A DNA stretch of 64,000 bases from a virus, in IMG/VR virus record IMGVR_UViG_3300045988_107973. One strand, written 5' to 3'. The notes under the pieces were generated by a model that saw only the letters and a list, made by a program, of their open reading frames with translations, ran no database searches and had not been told where the DNA came from. Positions 17,544 through 25,314 of the stretch are shown piece by piece (within the stretch, counting starts at the first letter, position 1; each line of letters opens with the position of its first letter). The translations under genes and the position numbers were made by a program.

Positions 17544-19619
17544 ATGATAACAATGTCTGATTTCAAGAAATTTCGTGCACTGCTGCAGGACCACTTCAAT
17601 GAGATGGTGAAGGGCGAAAACCCTCTGTTTATCACCGATGCAGACGAGGATGAACTGTATAACCTGTATCTCGACAGCTTCCCAGCTGGCACGAATGAGT
17701 TGTTCCGTAAGCGGCGCGAGTATGACTGTTCCTGCTGCCGCCGTTTCGTAAAGAACATCGGTAAGCTGGTTTCCTTTATGGATGGTCAGATGGTTACCGT
17801 CTGGGATTTCGATACCAAGTCCGATGTTTATCAGCCGGTTGTGGATGCGCTGGCTGCCTATGTGAAAACCTGCGCTGTTGTGAACCCGTATTACGTCAGC
17901 CGCAATATGATCTCTGATAGCAAGTTTGGCACTGAGATGAACTATGAGTATGACGCTGATCATAAGGCGGTTCATACCTGGGATCATTTCGTTGTCGAGA
18001 TTCCTCAGCGGTTCATTGTGCGTCCCGATGACGTACCTACCAAGATGGCTCAGTGGCGTGATTCCGCCAATGTGTTCAAGCGCTCTCTGGAGGAGCTAAC
18101 CATGGATGCCGTGGACACCGTGCTTGAGCTGATTGCGCAGAACAGCCTGTATCGCGGTAAGGAGTTTGAATCTCTGGTTCGTGGCTTCAAAATCGATAAG
18201 CAAGTGTATGATCGTCTGCCTGATGAAAAGAAGTCCGCTTATGTTTGGATGGCTCCCGGCGGAGCTTCGATGAACCGGCTTCGCATCCGCAATACGGCAA
18301 TCGGTACTCTGCTGGTGAACCTGAGCGAGGGCATGGACGTGGATGCTGCTGTGTCTGCGTTTGAGGCCATTGTTGCTCCCGCCAACTATAAGCGTCCTAA
18401 GGCGATTTTTACCAAGAAGATGCTGGAAGACGCACAGAAAACCGTCACTGAGTTGGGCTATATGAACAGTCTGGGTCGCCGGTTTGCTACTCTGGACGAC
18501 ATCACCGTAAATAACGTTTTATTCTGTAACCGAGACGCAGCCCCTCGTATTACTGGCGCTGTGAATCCGTTTGAAGCAATGGCGAAGACTGTCGCAATCG
18601 ATCCTAAGAAGTTCGGCCGCGCAGAGGAAATCGGTATTGATAAGTTTATCAAGGACGTGCTGCCCACCGCGACTGGTCTGGAACTGTTTATGGAGAATCG
18701 GTTTGAGAAGAATATGACGTCTCTGATTGCTCCGCAGGATAAGAACGCGCCGTCTATGTTCAAGTGGGCGAATGGTTTCAGTTGGGCGTATACGGGTAAC
18801 GTGGCTGACAGCCAGATCCGTGAGAACGTCAAGAATGCAGGCGGTAAGGTTGATGGCGTGTTGCGTTTCTCTATTCAGTGGAACGATAAGCAGTGCGAGT
18901 GGGATGGAAATGACCTTGATGCCCACTGTGTTGAACCGAACGACTTTGAGATCTATTTTGGCAACAAACGAGATTGGAGTACTGGTGGCAATCTGGATGT
19001 AGATATTATTCATCCTGATCGCGATGAGGCCGCTGTTGAGAATATTACATGGCCTGACATCAAAAAGATGAAGGATGGTAAATACGAGTTCTTTGTTCAT
19101 TGCTTCTCTAACCGTGGCGGCAAAACCGGCTTCCGCGCAGAGATTGAATTTGATGGTCAAATCTACTCCTTCAATTACAATATTCCGCTGCGTCAGACTC
19201 AGAATGTTTCTGTTGCTACTGTTGTGTTGAATGATGGGCAGTTTACTATTAAGGAACATCTCAATAGTTCTACTTCTTCCCGTGAAATCTGGGGTGTGAA
19301 TTCCAATCAGTTTGTACCGGTGTCCGTAGCAATGTATTCTCCGAACTACTGGGACGAGCAGAGTGGTAACGGTAATCGTCATTACTTCTTCATGCTCAAG
19401 GATTGTGTAAACCCTGAAAAGCCCAATGGATTCTACAATGAATTCCTGAAGGCGGAACTGCTACAGCATAAGCGAGTATTCGAGGCTCTTGGTTCTCAGA
19501 TGGCAGTTCAGTCGGTAGATGACCAGCTGTCCGGCGTTGGGTTCTCTGAGACGAAACATGATTCCTTTGTTGTCAAGGTTCAGGGCGCTACTGAGCGGGT
19601 TCTGAAAGTTGTTATTTAA
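17544..19619 (+). CDS. large hypothetical protein (691 aa), first gene of the Pnkp/tRNA operon
   Basis: Long ORF after GGAGAATG. No confident family assignment. Antisense ORFs are judged spurious. Confidence 0.5.
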   Translation: MITMSDFKKFRALLQDHFNEMVKGENPLFITDADEDELYNLYLDSFPAGTNELFRKRREYDCSCCRRFVKNIGKLVSFMDGQMVTVWDFDTKSDVYQPVVDALAAYVKTCAVVNPYYVSRNMISDSKFGTEMNYEYDADHKAVHTWDHFVVEIPQRFIVRPDDVPTKMAQWRDSANVFKRSLEELTMDAVDTVLELIAQNSLYRGKEFESLVRGFKIDKQVYDRLPDEKKSAYVWMAPGGASMNRLRIRNTAIGTLLVNLSEGMDVDAAVSAFEAIVAPANYKRPKAIFTKKMLEDAQKTVTELGYMNSLGRRFATLDDITVNNVLFCNRDAAPRITGAVNPFEAMAKTVAIDPKKFGRAEEIGIDKFIKDVLPTATGLELFMENRFEKNMTSLIAPQDKNAPSMFKWANGFSWAYTGNVADSQIRENVKNAGGKVDGVLRFSIQWNDKQCEWDGNDLDAHCVEPNDFEIYFGNKRDWSTGGNLDVDIIHPDRDEAAVENITWPDIKKMKDGKYEFFVHCFSNRGGKTGFRAEIEFDGQIYSFNYNIPLRQTQNVSVATVVLNDGQFTIKEHLNSSTSSREIWGVNSNQFVPVSVAMYSPNYWDEQSGNGNRHYFFMLKDCVNPEKPNGFYNEFLKAELLQHKRVFEALGSQMAVQSVDDQLSGVGFSETKHDSFVVKVQGATERVLKVVI

Positions 19620-19633
19620 GAGGAGAAATTATT

Positions 19634-20017
19634 ATGGAAAAGAATCTGTTTGAAATTGCAACCCGTAATCGCTATCGCTTCAACTATAAGGGTATTATGA
19701 CTGTTGAAGATCTGTGGGCTCTGAGTGTCGAGGCACTAGATGCGATTTTTAAGACCCTGAATCGTCAGAAGAAGACCGCAGACGAAGACTCCCTGCTGGC
19801 TGTTAAGAGTGCCGAAAATACCGAACTGGCAAACAAGATTGAGCTGGTCAAGTATATCGTGTCTGTCAAGCTGGCTGAATCTGAGGCTCGTGTGGATGCA
19901 GCCGAGAAGAAGGCGCAGCGCGATAAGATTATGAAGATTGTGGCAAAGAAGAAGGACAAGGAGCTGGAAGATATGGACGTAGACCAGCTGATGAAGAAGC
20001 TGGAAGAGTTGAACTAA
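19634..20017 (+). CDS. hypothetical coiled-coil protein (127 aa)
   Basis: ORF after AGGAGAAA. K/E-rich and heptad-like. Confidence 0.45.
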   Translation: MEKNLFEIATRNRYRFNYKGIMTVEDLWALSVEALDAIFKTLNRQKKTADEDSLLAVKSAENTELANKIELVKYIVSVKLAESEARVDAAEKKAQRDKIMKIVAKKKDKELEDMDVDQLMKKLEELN

Positions 20018-20086
20018 AATAGACATTTTATCGTGATTTGGCAACAAATAAATGACGATAATACGTTAAATAAAGGGAGAAAAACG

Positions 20087-22297
20087 ATGAGAACTTTGCT
20101 TCTTTTCCGTGGAGCACCCGGATGCGGGAAGTCCACCTATATTAAAGAGCATGATCTGGAAAAGTATACGCTTAGTGCAGATACGATTCGCCTTATGTGT
20201 CAGGGTGGTCAGGAAACCCCGGCTGGCACAATGGAAATCTCTCCCCAGAACGATGATGTTGTCTGGGATATGCTCTTTAAGCTGTTGGAGGTTCGGATGT
20301 CTCACGGTGAATTTACCGTGATTGATGCAACGAATTCCAAGACGGTCGAAATGAATCGTTATAAGAATCTTGCAAAACAGTATCGTTATCGGATGTATGT
20401 TATTAACATGACGGACCTTCCGATCGAGGAATGCAAACGAAGAAACGCTCAGAGAGAATGGCTGAAGCGAGTTCCTGAAGCGGCTATTGATAAGATGTAC
20501 GCTCGGTTTGCTACTCAAAAAGTTCCTTCTGGCGTGACAGTTCTTCCTTCTACTACGGATGTGATGTCCGATTTGAACTACTGTCCGAATGACTTCAACC
20601 AGTGGAAGAAGATTCATGTCATCGGTGATGTTCATGGCTGTTATACTTGTTTAAGTGAATACCTTGGTGAGATGAAGGACGATGAACTTTATATCTTCGT
20701 TGGTGATTATCTCGATCGTGGCATTGAAAACGTTGAGGTATTCAAGTTCTTGTGTGATGTTGTAAATAACAACCGCAAGAATGTGATCCTTTTGGAAGGG
20801 AATCACGAGCGTTGGCTGAACAAGTGGGGGCATGATGAACCGGTTCAGAGTGAAGAGTTTGCAAACTACACTCGTCCGCAGCTCTTTAAAGCCGGTATTG
20901 ACAAGAACACTGCTCGTAAAATCTATTCCAGAGTTGGCCAATGTGCCTACTTTGAGTATGATGGGAAGCGGTACTTCGTGAGCCACGGTGGTTTGAGTTA
21001 TCTGCCTTATTTTCTTCCTTTTGTATCTGCTGACCAGATGATTAAAGGTGTAGGTCGCTATCCTGATATGCTAACCGTGGCTGAGTCTTGGGAAAAATCG
21101 ATGCCGGATAGCTACATTCAGATCTTCGGTCATCGAAATGTGCAGGATGTTCCTATTGATATGGGGCATCGGTGCTACAACCTCGAAGGAAAAATCGAGT
21201 TTGGTGGATATCTCCGTTGCGTGGAACTTGAACACGGTCAGTCAATCAAATGTGTAGAAACAAAGAACGATGTGTTCCGAAAAGAGGAGCCAAAGACTGA
21301 AACTGCCGTTGAAATGAAAACTGAGTTCGATAACGCAGAACTTGTCAGTAAGATGCGTCAAAGCAAATATGTGTTTGAGAAGCGATTCGGAGATATTTCT
21401 TCTTTCAACTTCTCTCGTGAAGCATTTTATAAGAAGCACTGGGATGAGGTTTCTACCAAAGCAAGGGGGCTGTTCATTAACACAAAGACGAATAAGATTG
21501 TAGCTCGAAGCTATGATAAGTTCTTTGCGGTCGATGAGCGGAATGAAACGAGAATTGGAAACCTACAGAACACTTTGAAGTTCCCGGTGACTGCATATCT
21601 GAAGGAAAACGGATTTCTTGGCATTGTCTCGTATGATGCAGAACAGGATGGTCTGTTCATTGCAAGTAAATCCACTCCTGAAGGGCCTTTTGCAGATATG
21701 TTCCGAAAGATTCTCATGGATACGACTTCCGATGAAGACCGTAAGAATCTGAAGGAAGTTGCAAAAGAGAATGGTTCAGTCATTTTTGAAGTGATTGATC
21801 CTGTAAATGACCCGCATATCATCGAATACATGACACCATATATTGTTTTGCTGGATATTGTTGCGAATGATATGAACTTCAGTGTGATGGATTACGATGA
21901 TCTGAAGCGTGTTGCTGAAAAGTGTCATTTGCAGATTAAGGAGAAGGTTAAGATCTTTGAGAGCTGGAGTGAATTCTATCCTTGGTATGAAGAAGTCATG
22001 AATGAGAATTATCTGTACCGTGGCATCGAGCATATTGAAGGCTTTGTTTTGAGAGATAACAACAATTTTATGTTTAAGCTGAAGCTTCCTTATTATAAGC
22101 ACTGGAAGTTCTTGCGTGGTGTTATGCAGAGCGTCCAGAAGCGTGGCTATTACGAAAATACCGCAAAGTTGTTTACTGCTGAGGATAACCTGTTCTATGG
22201 TTGGATGCGTGAGCAACGAGAGAAAGACCAGGAATCTTTCTGCAAGAAGGGTATTATTCAGTTACGGAATGAATTCTATGAGAATCGGCACGAATAA
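20087..22297 (+). CDS. Pnkp-like polynucleotide kinase-phosphatase with C-terminal ligase-like region (RNA repair enzyme)
   Basis: N-terminal P-loop LLFRGAPGCGKST (kinase). Central calcineurin-like phosphoesterase motifs GDVHGC, GDYLDRG, GNHE, GHR. About 330 further C-terminal residues contain a KENG candidate adenylyltransferase motif I. The domain order matches bacterial Pnkp. Confidence 0.6.
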   Translation: MRTLLLFRGAPGCGKSTYIKEHDLEKYTLSADTIRLMCQGGQETPAGTMEISPQNDDVVWDMLFKLLEVRMSHGEFTVIDATNSKTVEMNRYKNLAKQYRYRMYVINMTDLPIEECKRRNAQREWLKRVPEAAIDKMYARFATQKVPSGVTVLPSTTDVMSDLNYCPNDFNQWKKIHVIGDVHGCYTCLSEYLGEMKDDELYIFVGDYLDRGIENVEVFKFLCDVVNNNRKNVILLEGNHERWLNKWGHDEPVQSEEFANYTRPQLFKAGIDKNTARKIYSRVGQCAYFEYDGKRYFVSHGGLSYLPYFLPFVSADQMIKGVGRYPDMLTVAESWEKSMPDSYIQIFGHRNVQDVPIDMGHRCYNLEGKIEFGGYLRCVELEHGQSIKCVETKNDVFRKEEPKTETAVEMKTEFDNAELVSKMRQSKYVFEKRFGDISSFNFSREAFYKKHWDEVSTKARGLFINTKTNKIVARSYDKFFAVDERNETRIGNLQNTLKFPVTAYLKENGFLGIVSYDAEQDGLFIASKSTPEGPFADMFRKILMDTTSDEDRKNLKEVAKENGSVIFEVIDPVNDPHIIEYMTPYIVLLDIVANDMNFSVMDYDDLKRVAEKCHLQIKEKVKIFESWSEFYPWYEEVMNENYLYRGIEHIEGFVLRDNNNFMFKLKLPYYKHWKFLRGVMQSVQKRGYYENTAKLFTAEDNLFYGWMREQREKDQESFCKKGIIQLRNEFYENRHE

Positions 22298-22363
22298 CTA
22301 AGATATTTTCTTCCTCCGAAAATGCCCTGCGCGGGGCTGACAGCCGGGAAAGACCGGCAATAT

Positions 22364-22446
22364 GGGGATATGGCGGAATTGACAGACGCAAACGATTCAA
22401 ACTCGTTCGGGAAACCATGTGGGTTTAAATCCCACTATCCCTACCA
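22364..22446 (+). tRNA. tRNA-Leu (anticodon CAA), type II, CCA encoded
   Basis: Hand-folded. Acceptor GGGGATA/TATCCCT. D-arm TGGCGGAATTGACAGACGC is nearly identical to the E. coli tRNA-Leu D-arm. Anticodon stem AACGA/TCGTT with loop TTCAAAC. T-arm GTGGGTTTAAATCCCAC. 3' end ACCA. Confidence 0.55.
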
Positions 22447-22522
22447 GTTCATTTACAGATGAGCATGAGTTAGAATGGCAAATCGGAAAGACGGTTGACT
22501 CTTGGACAGACAGGGTTGATAT

Positions 22523-22610
22523 GCCGCAGTGATGGAGTGACATACATTTCCCGCTTAAACCGGGACGCCTGAAACATGGATCGTGGGTTTGAATCCCACC
22601 TGCGGCACCA
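22523..22610 (+). tRNA. tRNA-Leu (anticodon TAA), type II, CCA encoded
   Basis: Acceptor GCCGCAG/CTGCGGC. Anticodon stem TCCCG/CGGGA with loop CTTAAAC. 17-nt variable arm. T-arm GTGGGTTTGAATCCCAC. Confidence 0.55.
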
Positions 22611-22613
22611 TAT

Positions 22614-22687
22614 CCAGAATGTAGTGTAATGGCAGCACGCTGCGTTTGGGACGCAGAAGAGCGATTCGAATTCGACATTTTGGACCA
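22614..22687 (+). tRNA. tRNA-like element with a Pro(TGG)-type anticodon arm; T-arm non-canonical (possible pseudogene)
   Basis: Acceptor CCAGAAT/ATTTTGG + A + CCA pairs perfectly. Anticodon arm CTGCG-TTTGGGA-CGCAG matches E. coli tRNA-Pro. No 5-bp T-stem could be found around TTCGAAT. Confidence 0.25.
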
Positions 22688-22783
22688 GTAGAGTATTCCA
22701 TTTGCTTTTCATGAATACCTTCCTATTATTCTTGGCTCTCCAAAAAAACGGAGCAGTAGGACGCAGCAAGCCAAGTTACATAA

Positions 22784-22873
22784 TGAGGGTTCGCCAAGTG
22801 GTAAATGGCATCTGGCTTTGACCCAGACAGCGTGCTTTATAGCCGATCGTCGGTTCGATCCCGACACCCTCAA
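22784..22873 (+). tRNA. tRNA-Gln (anticodon TTG)-like with an abnormal 21-nt variable region
   Basis: U1-A72 acceptor TGAGGGT/ACCCTCA and D-arm TCGCCAAGTGGTAAATGGC resemble E. coli tRNA-Gln. Anticodon stem TCTGG/CCAGA with loop CTTTGAC. T-arm GTCGGTTCGATCCCGAC. The segment CAGCGTGCTTTATAGCCGATC is inserted at the variable position. No encoded CCA. Confidence 0.45.
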
Positions 22874-22878
22874 TTTAT

Positions 22879-22967
22879 GGACACGTGATGGAATCGCAGA
22901 CATGAAAGATTTAGGCTCTTTTGCCGTTAACAGCGGTGTGCCCGTTCAAATCGGGTCGTGTCCACCA
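22879..22967 (+). tRNA. tRNA-Leu (anticodon TAG), type II, CCA encoded
   Basis: Acceptor GGACACG/CGTGTCC. Anticodon stem AAAGA/TCTTT with loop TTTAGGC. Variable-arm hairpin CCG-TTAACAG-CGG. T-arm GCCCGTTCAAATCGGGT. 3' end ACCA. Confidence 0.6.
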
Positions 22968-23066
22968 TTATCAACTTATGGTTGCGTACCGTTTGTTGAT
23001 CTCCTTTACTATTATTCCCGGCTCGCCAGTGATGGTGCAGTAGTGCTTTGTAAGCTGGGTTTTCAT

Positions 23067-23141
23067 GCAGCGGTCGTACAACGGCTAGTACATCAGCCTT
23101 CCAAGCTGAGGATGAGGTTTCGACTACCTTTCGCTGCTCCA
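23067..23141 (+). tRNA. tRNA-Gly (anticodon TCC), CCA encoded
   Basis: Acceptor GCAGCGG/TCGCTGC. D-stem GTAC/GTAC. Anticodon arm TCAGC-CTTCCAA-GCTGA is identical to E. coli glyT. T-arm GAGGTTTCGACTACCTT. Confidence 0.65.
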
Positions 23142-23322
23142 ATCTTGTATGGGTAGGATCTTTAGCGGTCAGATCCGGCCGCGCCTGTGCAAGATACCAC
23201 CCCGAAAGGGGCTAACGAAATTTTCTATGTCAATTATTCTCGGCTCACTTAAAAGAGTGCAGTTGACCTTTGTAAGCCGAGTATCCCAGCCTAGTGATGC
23301 CAGTTGCTAGGTTGGTTCTTAT

Positions 23323-23398
23323 GCGACTGTAGTTCAATTGGTAGAGCGTCAGATTTCCAATCTGAATGTTGCGGGATCGTGCCCCGTCAGTCGCTCCA
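23323..23398 (+). tRNA. tRNA-Gly (TCC)-like second copy with a non-canonical T-loop (ATCGTGC)
   Basis: Perfect acceptor GCGACTG/CAGTCGC. D-arm TAGTTCAATTGGTAGAGC. Anticodon arm TCAGA-TTTCCAA-TCTGA. T-arm GCGGG-ATCGTGC-CCCGT lacks T54/A58. CCA encoded. Confidence 0.4.
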
Positions 23399-23529
23399 CA
23401 CGCAGCCCATGACGCTGCACCGGTTACTCAGAGCCGAAAGGAACCTATATGTTACGACATGGTTGCTAAGAGTGATCATATTGGAACGCGACGTAGCTTT
23501 GATAGTGGGAATTAAATTCTGAGGTATAC

Positions 23530-23598
23530 GGCTGGATAGCTTAATGGTAAAAGCGCTCGGAAACACCGAGAGATGAGGTTCGATTCCTCCGCTGGCAT
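23530..23598 (+). other. tRNA-like remnant (good D-arm and T-arm, no acceptor pairing, defective anticodon arm)
   Basis: TAGCTTAATGGTAAAAGC D-arm and GAGGTTCGATTCCTC T-arm. The anticodon region CTCGG-AAACA-CCGAG has a 5-nt loop. The ends are a direct repeat (GCTGG), not complementary. Confidence 0.2.
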
Positions 23599-23625
23599 CG
23601 CGCCGACGAAAGTCGGCGTTTGCAT

Positions 23626-23702
23626 GGGATAGTAGCTCAGTTGGTCAGAGCTGGCGGCTCATAACCGCTTGGTCGCGAGTTCAAATCTTGCCTGTCCCAC
23701 CA
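23626..23702 (+). tRNA. tRNA-Met (anticodon CAT; elongator or Ile-lysidine type), CCA encoded
   Basis: Acceptor GGGATAG/CTGTCCC. D-arm TAGCTCAGTTGGTCAGAGC. Anticodon stem GGCGG/CCGCT with loop CTCATAA. T-arm GCGAGTTCAAATCTTGC. Confidence 0.6.
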
Positions 23703-23817
23703 GCCCGAAAGGGCGTACATAAAACCTGCTAGAACTTTTGTTTTATAGGCGAATGAATAATATGACGTTAATACGTCTATCACTTTTCGCTTATTTTCGG
23801 GAGTTTAACTATATTAC

Positions 23818-23826
23818 ACAGGATAC
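23818..23826 (+). promoter_or_regulatory. conserved motif AACTATATTACACAGGATAC (copy upstream of methyltransferase operon)
   Basis: 19 of 20 nt match the 17501-17520 and 42241-42260 copies. AAGGAGG lies 4 nt downstream. Confidence 0.5.
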
Positions 23827-23844
23827 GAAAAGGAGGAATGAAAC

Positions 23845-25305
23845 CTGAAGCATTACGGAGATATCACACAACTTCATGGATGGCAGATTGAACCGGTTTC
23901 CTGTATCACAGGAGGCAGTCCATGCCAAGATTTGAGTCAGGCCGGTAAACGTGAAGGTTTGACTGGTGAACGCTCTGGATTGTTCCTTGAAATGATTCGT
24001 GTGATTACAGAAATGAGGGAGGCCACCAATGGGGAATGTCCAAAATTCGCAATCTGGGAAAATGTCAGAGGAGCTTTTAGCTCAAGCAAAGGTGAAGACT
24101 TCAGATGTGTGTTGGAAAGATTTGCACGCATTGTCGAGCCAGACGTTTCAATTCCTCGACCTTCAGGAAAGAACGGAAAGTGGGCAAAATCTGGAGCGAT
24201 TTCCGGTAATGGATGGTCTCTTGCATGGAGATTGTTCGACGCTAAATACTGGGGAGTCGCCCAGCGCCGCCAAAGAATCGCGCTTGTCATGGATTTTGGA
24301 GGACAACGTGCCTCAGAAATTCTATTTGAGCGCACGAGCATGTCAGGGGATTCTTGTGAGAGCATCCCGGCGTGGAAAACCTTTGCCCGAACTCCTGAAG
24401 CAAGCGTTGCTGGATATGATCGAATGGTGGAATCCAGGAACTCTGTCACAGGTGGTGCAGAAAGTGAAGGAACAAGAAGGTCTGGAAGAGAAGGAATTGG
24501 ACGAGTATTGGAGTCAAACCATCGAGAGACTTCGACTCGATGCACAGAACCTACAGCCTACACTCTAAAAATCCGCTCTGGATGTGAAGGTGGCGGTAAA
24601 GGCGCTCTGGTTCAAACTGAATTGAGCGCAACGATTTCTACGTTGCAAGACCAGACGCTAATTTGCTTGGTAGAAAATCCCTCCTTACATAATTTAAAAC
24701 AAAAGATCTCGCCGGTAGTATTTGAGAGTCACAGCCAGGACGCTCGATACACTCAGCAGGGTGATACAAGTCCGACTTGTACTGCTCAGTGGGGAACAGG
24801 CGGTAATAATATGCCGCTGGTCGTTGAAAAGAAAGCCTTTGCAATGCAGCGCATTGGTGAGTACAAGGAAAGCGAACACGCCAGCACGATGAAATCTCGT
24901 GATTATAAGGACGCTACTGATCTGATTGCAGAGAAGGAAACGAAGAATCTACGATGGATTGTTCGCCGCTTGACTCCTTTGGAGGATGAACGGTTACAGG
25001 GTTTCCATGACGGATGGACTGATATCGGTGATTGGATCGATGAGAATGGGAAGAAGCACAAGACTTCTGACGCAGCTCGTTACAAGGCGCTCGGCAATTC
25101 GATTGCTTTGCCTCAGTGGTATTGGATTTGCCAGAAGATGAAACCGTATATTGGTGAAAATCCCACGCTTGGCAGTCTTTTCGATGGAATTGGTGGCTTT
25201 CCGCTTGTCTTTGAAAGTACGTATGGTGATGGTACTGCTATCTGGGCGAGCGAAGTGGATAGTTTTTGCATCGCAGTTACAAAGAAAAGATTCCCAGAAA
25301 ATTAA
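23845..25305 (+). CDS. circularly permuted DNA (cytosine-5)-methyltransferase (motif order IV-VI-VIII-TRD-X-I-II/III)
   Basis: In the frame opening after TGA 23839-41: GDITQLHGW...GGSPCQDLSQAGKREG (IV), FAIWENVRGAF (VI), QRRQRIALV (VIII), ALGNSIALP (X). At the C-terminus: SLFDGIGGF (I) and ASEVDSFCIAVTKKRFPEN (II/III). There is no in-frame ATG. CTG 23845 sits 8 nt after AAGGAGG. ATG 23838 is in the -1 frame (17-aa ORF). Confidence 0.6.
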   Translation: MKHYGDITQLHGWQIEPVSCITGGSPCQDLSQAGKREGLTGERSGLFLEMIRVITEMREATNGECPKFAIWENVRGAFSSSKGEDFRCVLERFARIVEPDVSIPRPSGKNGKWAKSGAISGNGWSLAWRLFDAKYWGVAQRRQRIALVMDFGGQRASEILFERTSMSGDSCESIPAWKTFARTPEASVAGYDRMVESRNSVTGGAESEGTRRSGREGIGRVLESNHRETSTRCTEPTAYTLKIRSGCEGGGKGALVQTELSATISTLQDQTLICLVENPSLHNLKQKISPVVFESHSQDARYTQQGDTSPTCTAQWGTGGNNMPLVVEKKAFAMQRIGEYKESEHASTMKSRDYKDATDLIAEKETKNLRWIVRRLTPLEDERLQGFHDGWTDIGDWIDENGKKHKTSDAARYKALGNSIALPQWYWICQKMKPYIGENPTLGSLFDGIGGFPLVFESTYGDGTAIWASEVDSFCIAVTKKRFPEN

Positions 25306-25314
25306 AAGGAGATA

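Noticed and set aside
17412-19382. Minus-strand ORFs of 191 aa and 287 aa
   Set aside because: Embedded antisense in the 691-aa plus-strand ORF, which is the first gene of a co-oriented operon with its own RBS.
23230-23322. Possible structured ncRNA between tRNA-Gly and the second Gly-like tRNA (nested hairpins CTCGGCT...AGCCGAG)
   Set aside because: Only simple hairpins could be drawn. There is no covariation evidence or recognisable family. Left as spacer/processing structure.
22397-23522. Several 60-112-aa ORFs on both strands in the track
   Set aside because: They overlay the tRNA cluster, where cloverleaf structures were found by hand. They have no RBS and give low-complexity translations.
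23932-25305. Interpretation of the C5-MTase as a 5'-truncated pseudogene lacking AdoMet-binding motifs
   Set aside because: Motifs I (FDGIGGF) and II/III are present at the C-terminus of the same ORF, so the enzyme is circularly permuted rather than truncated. Only the start codon or frame is problematic.
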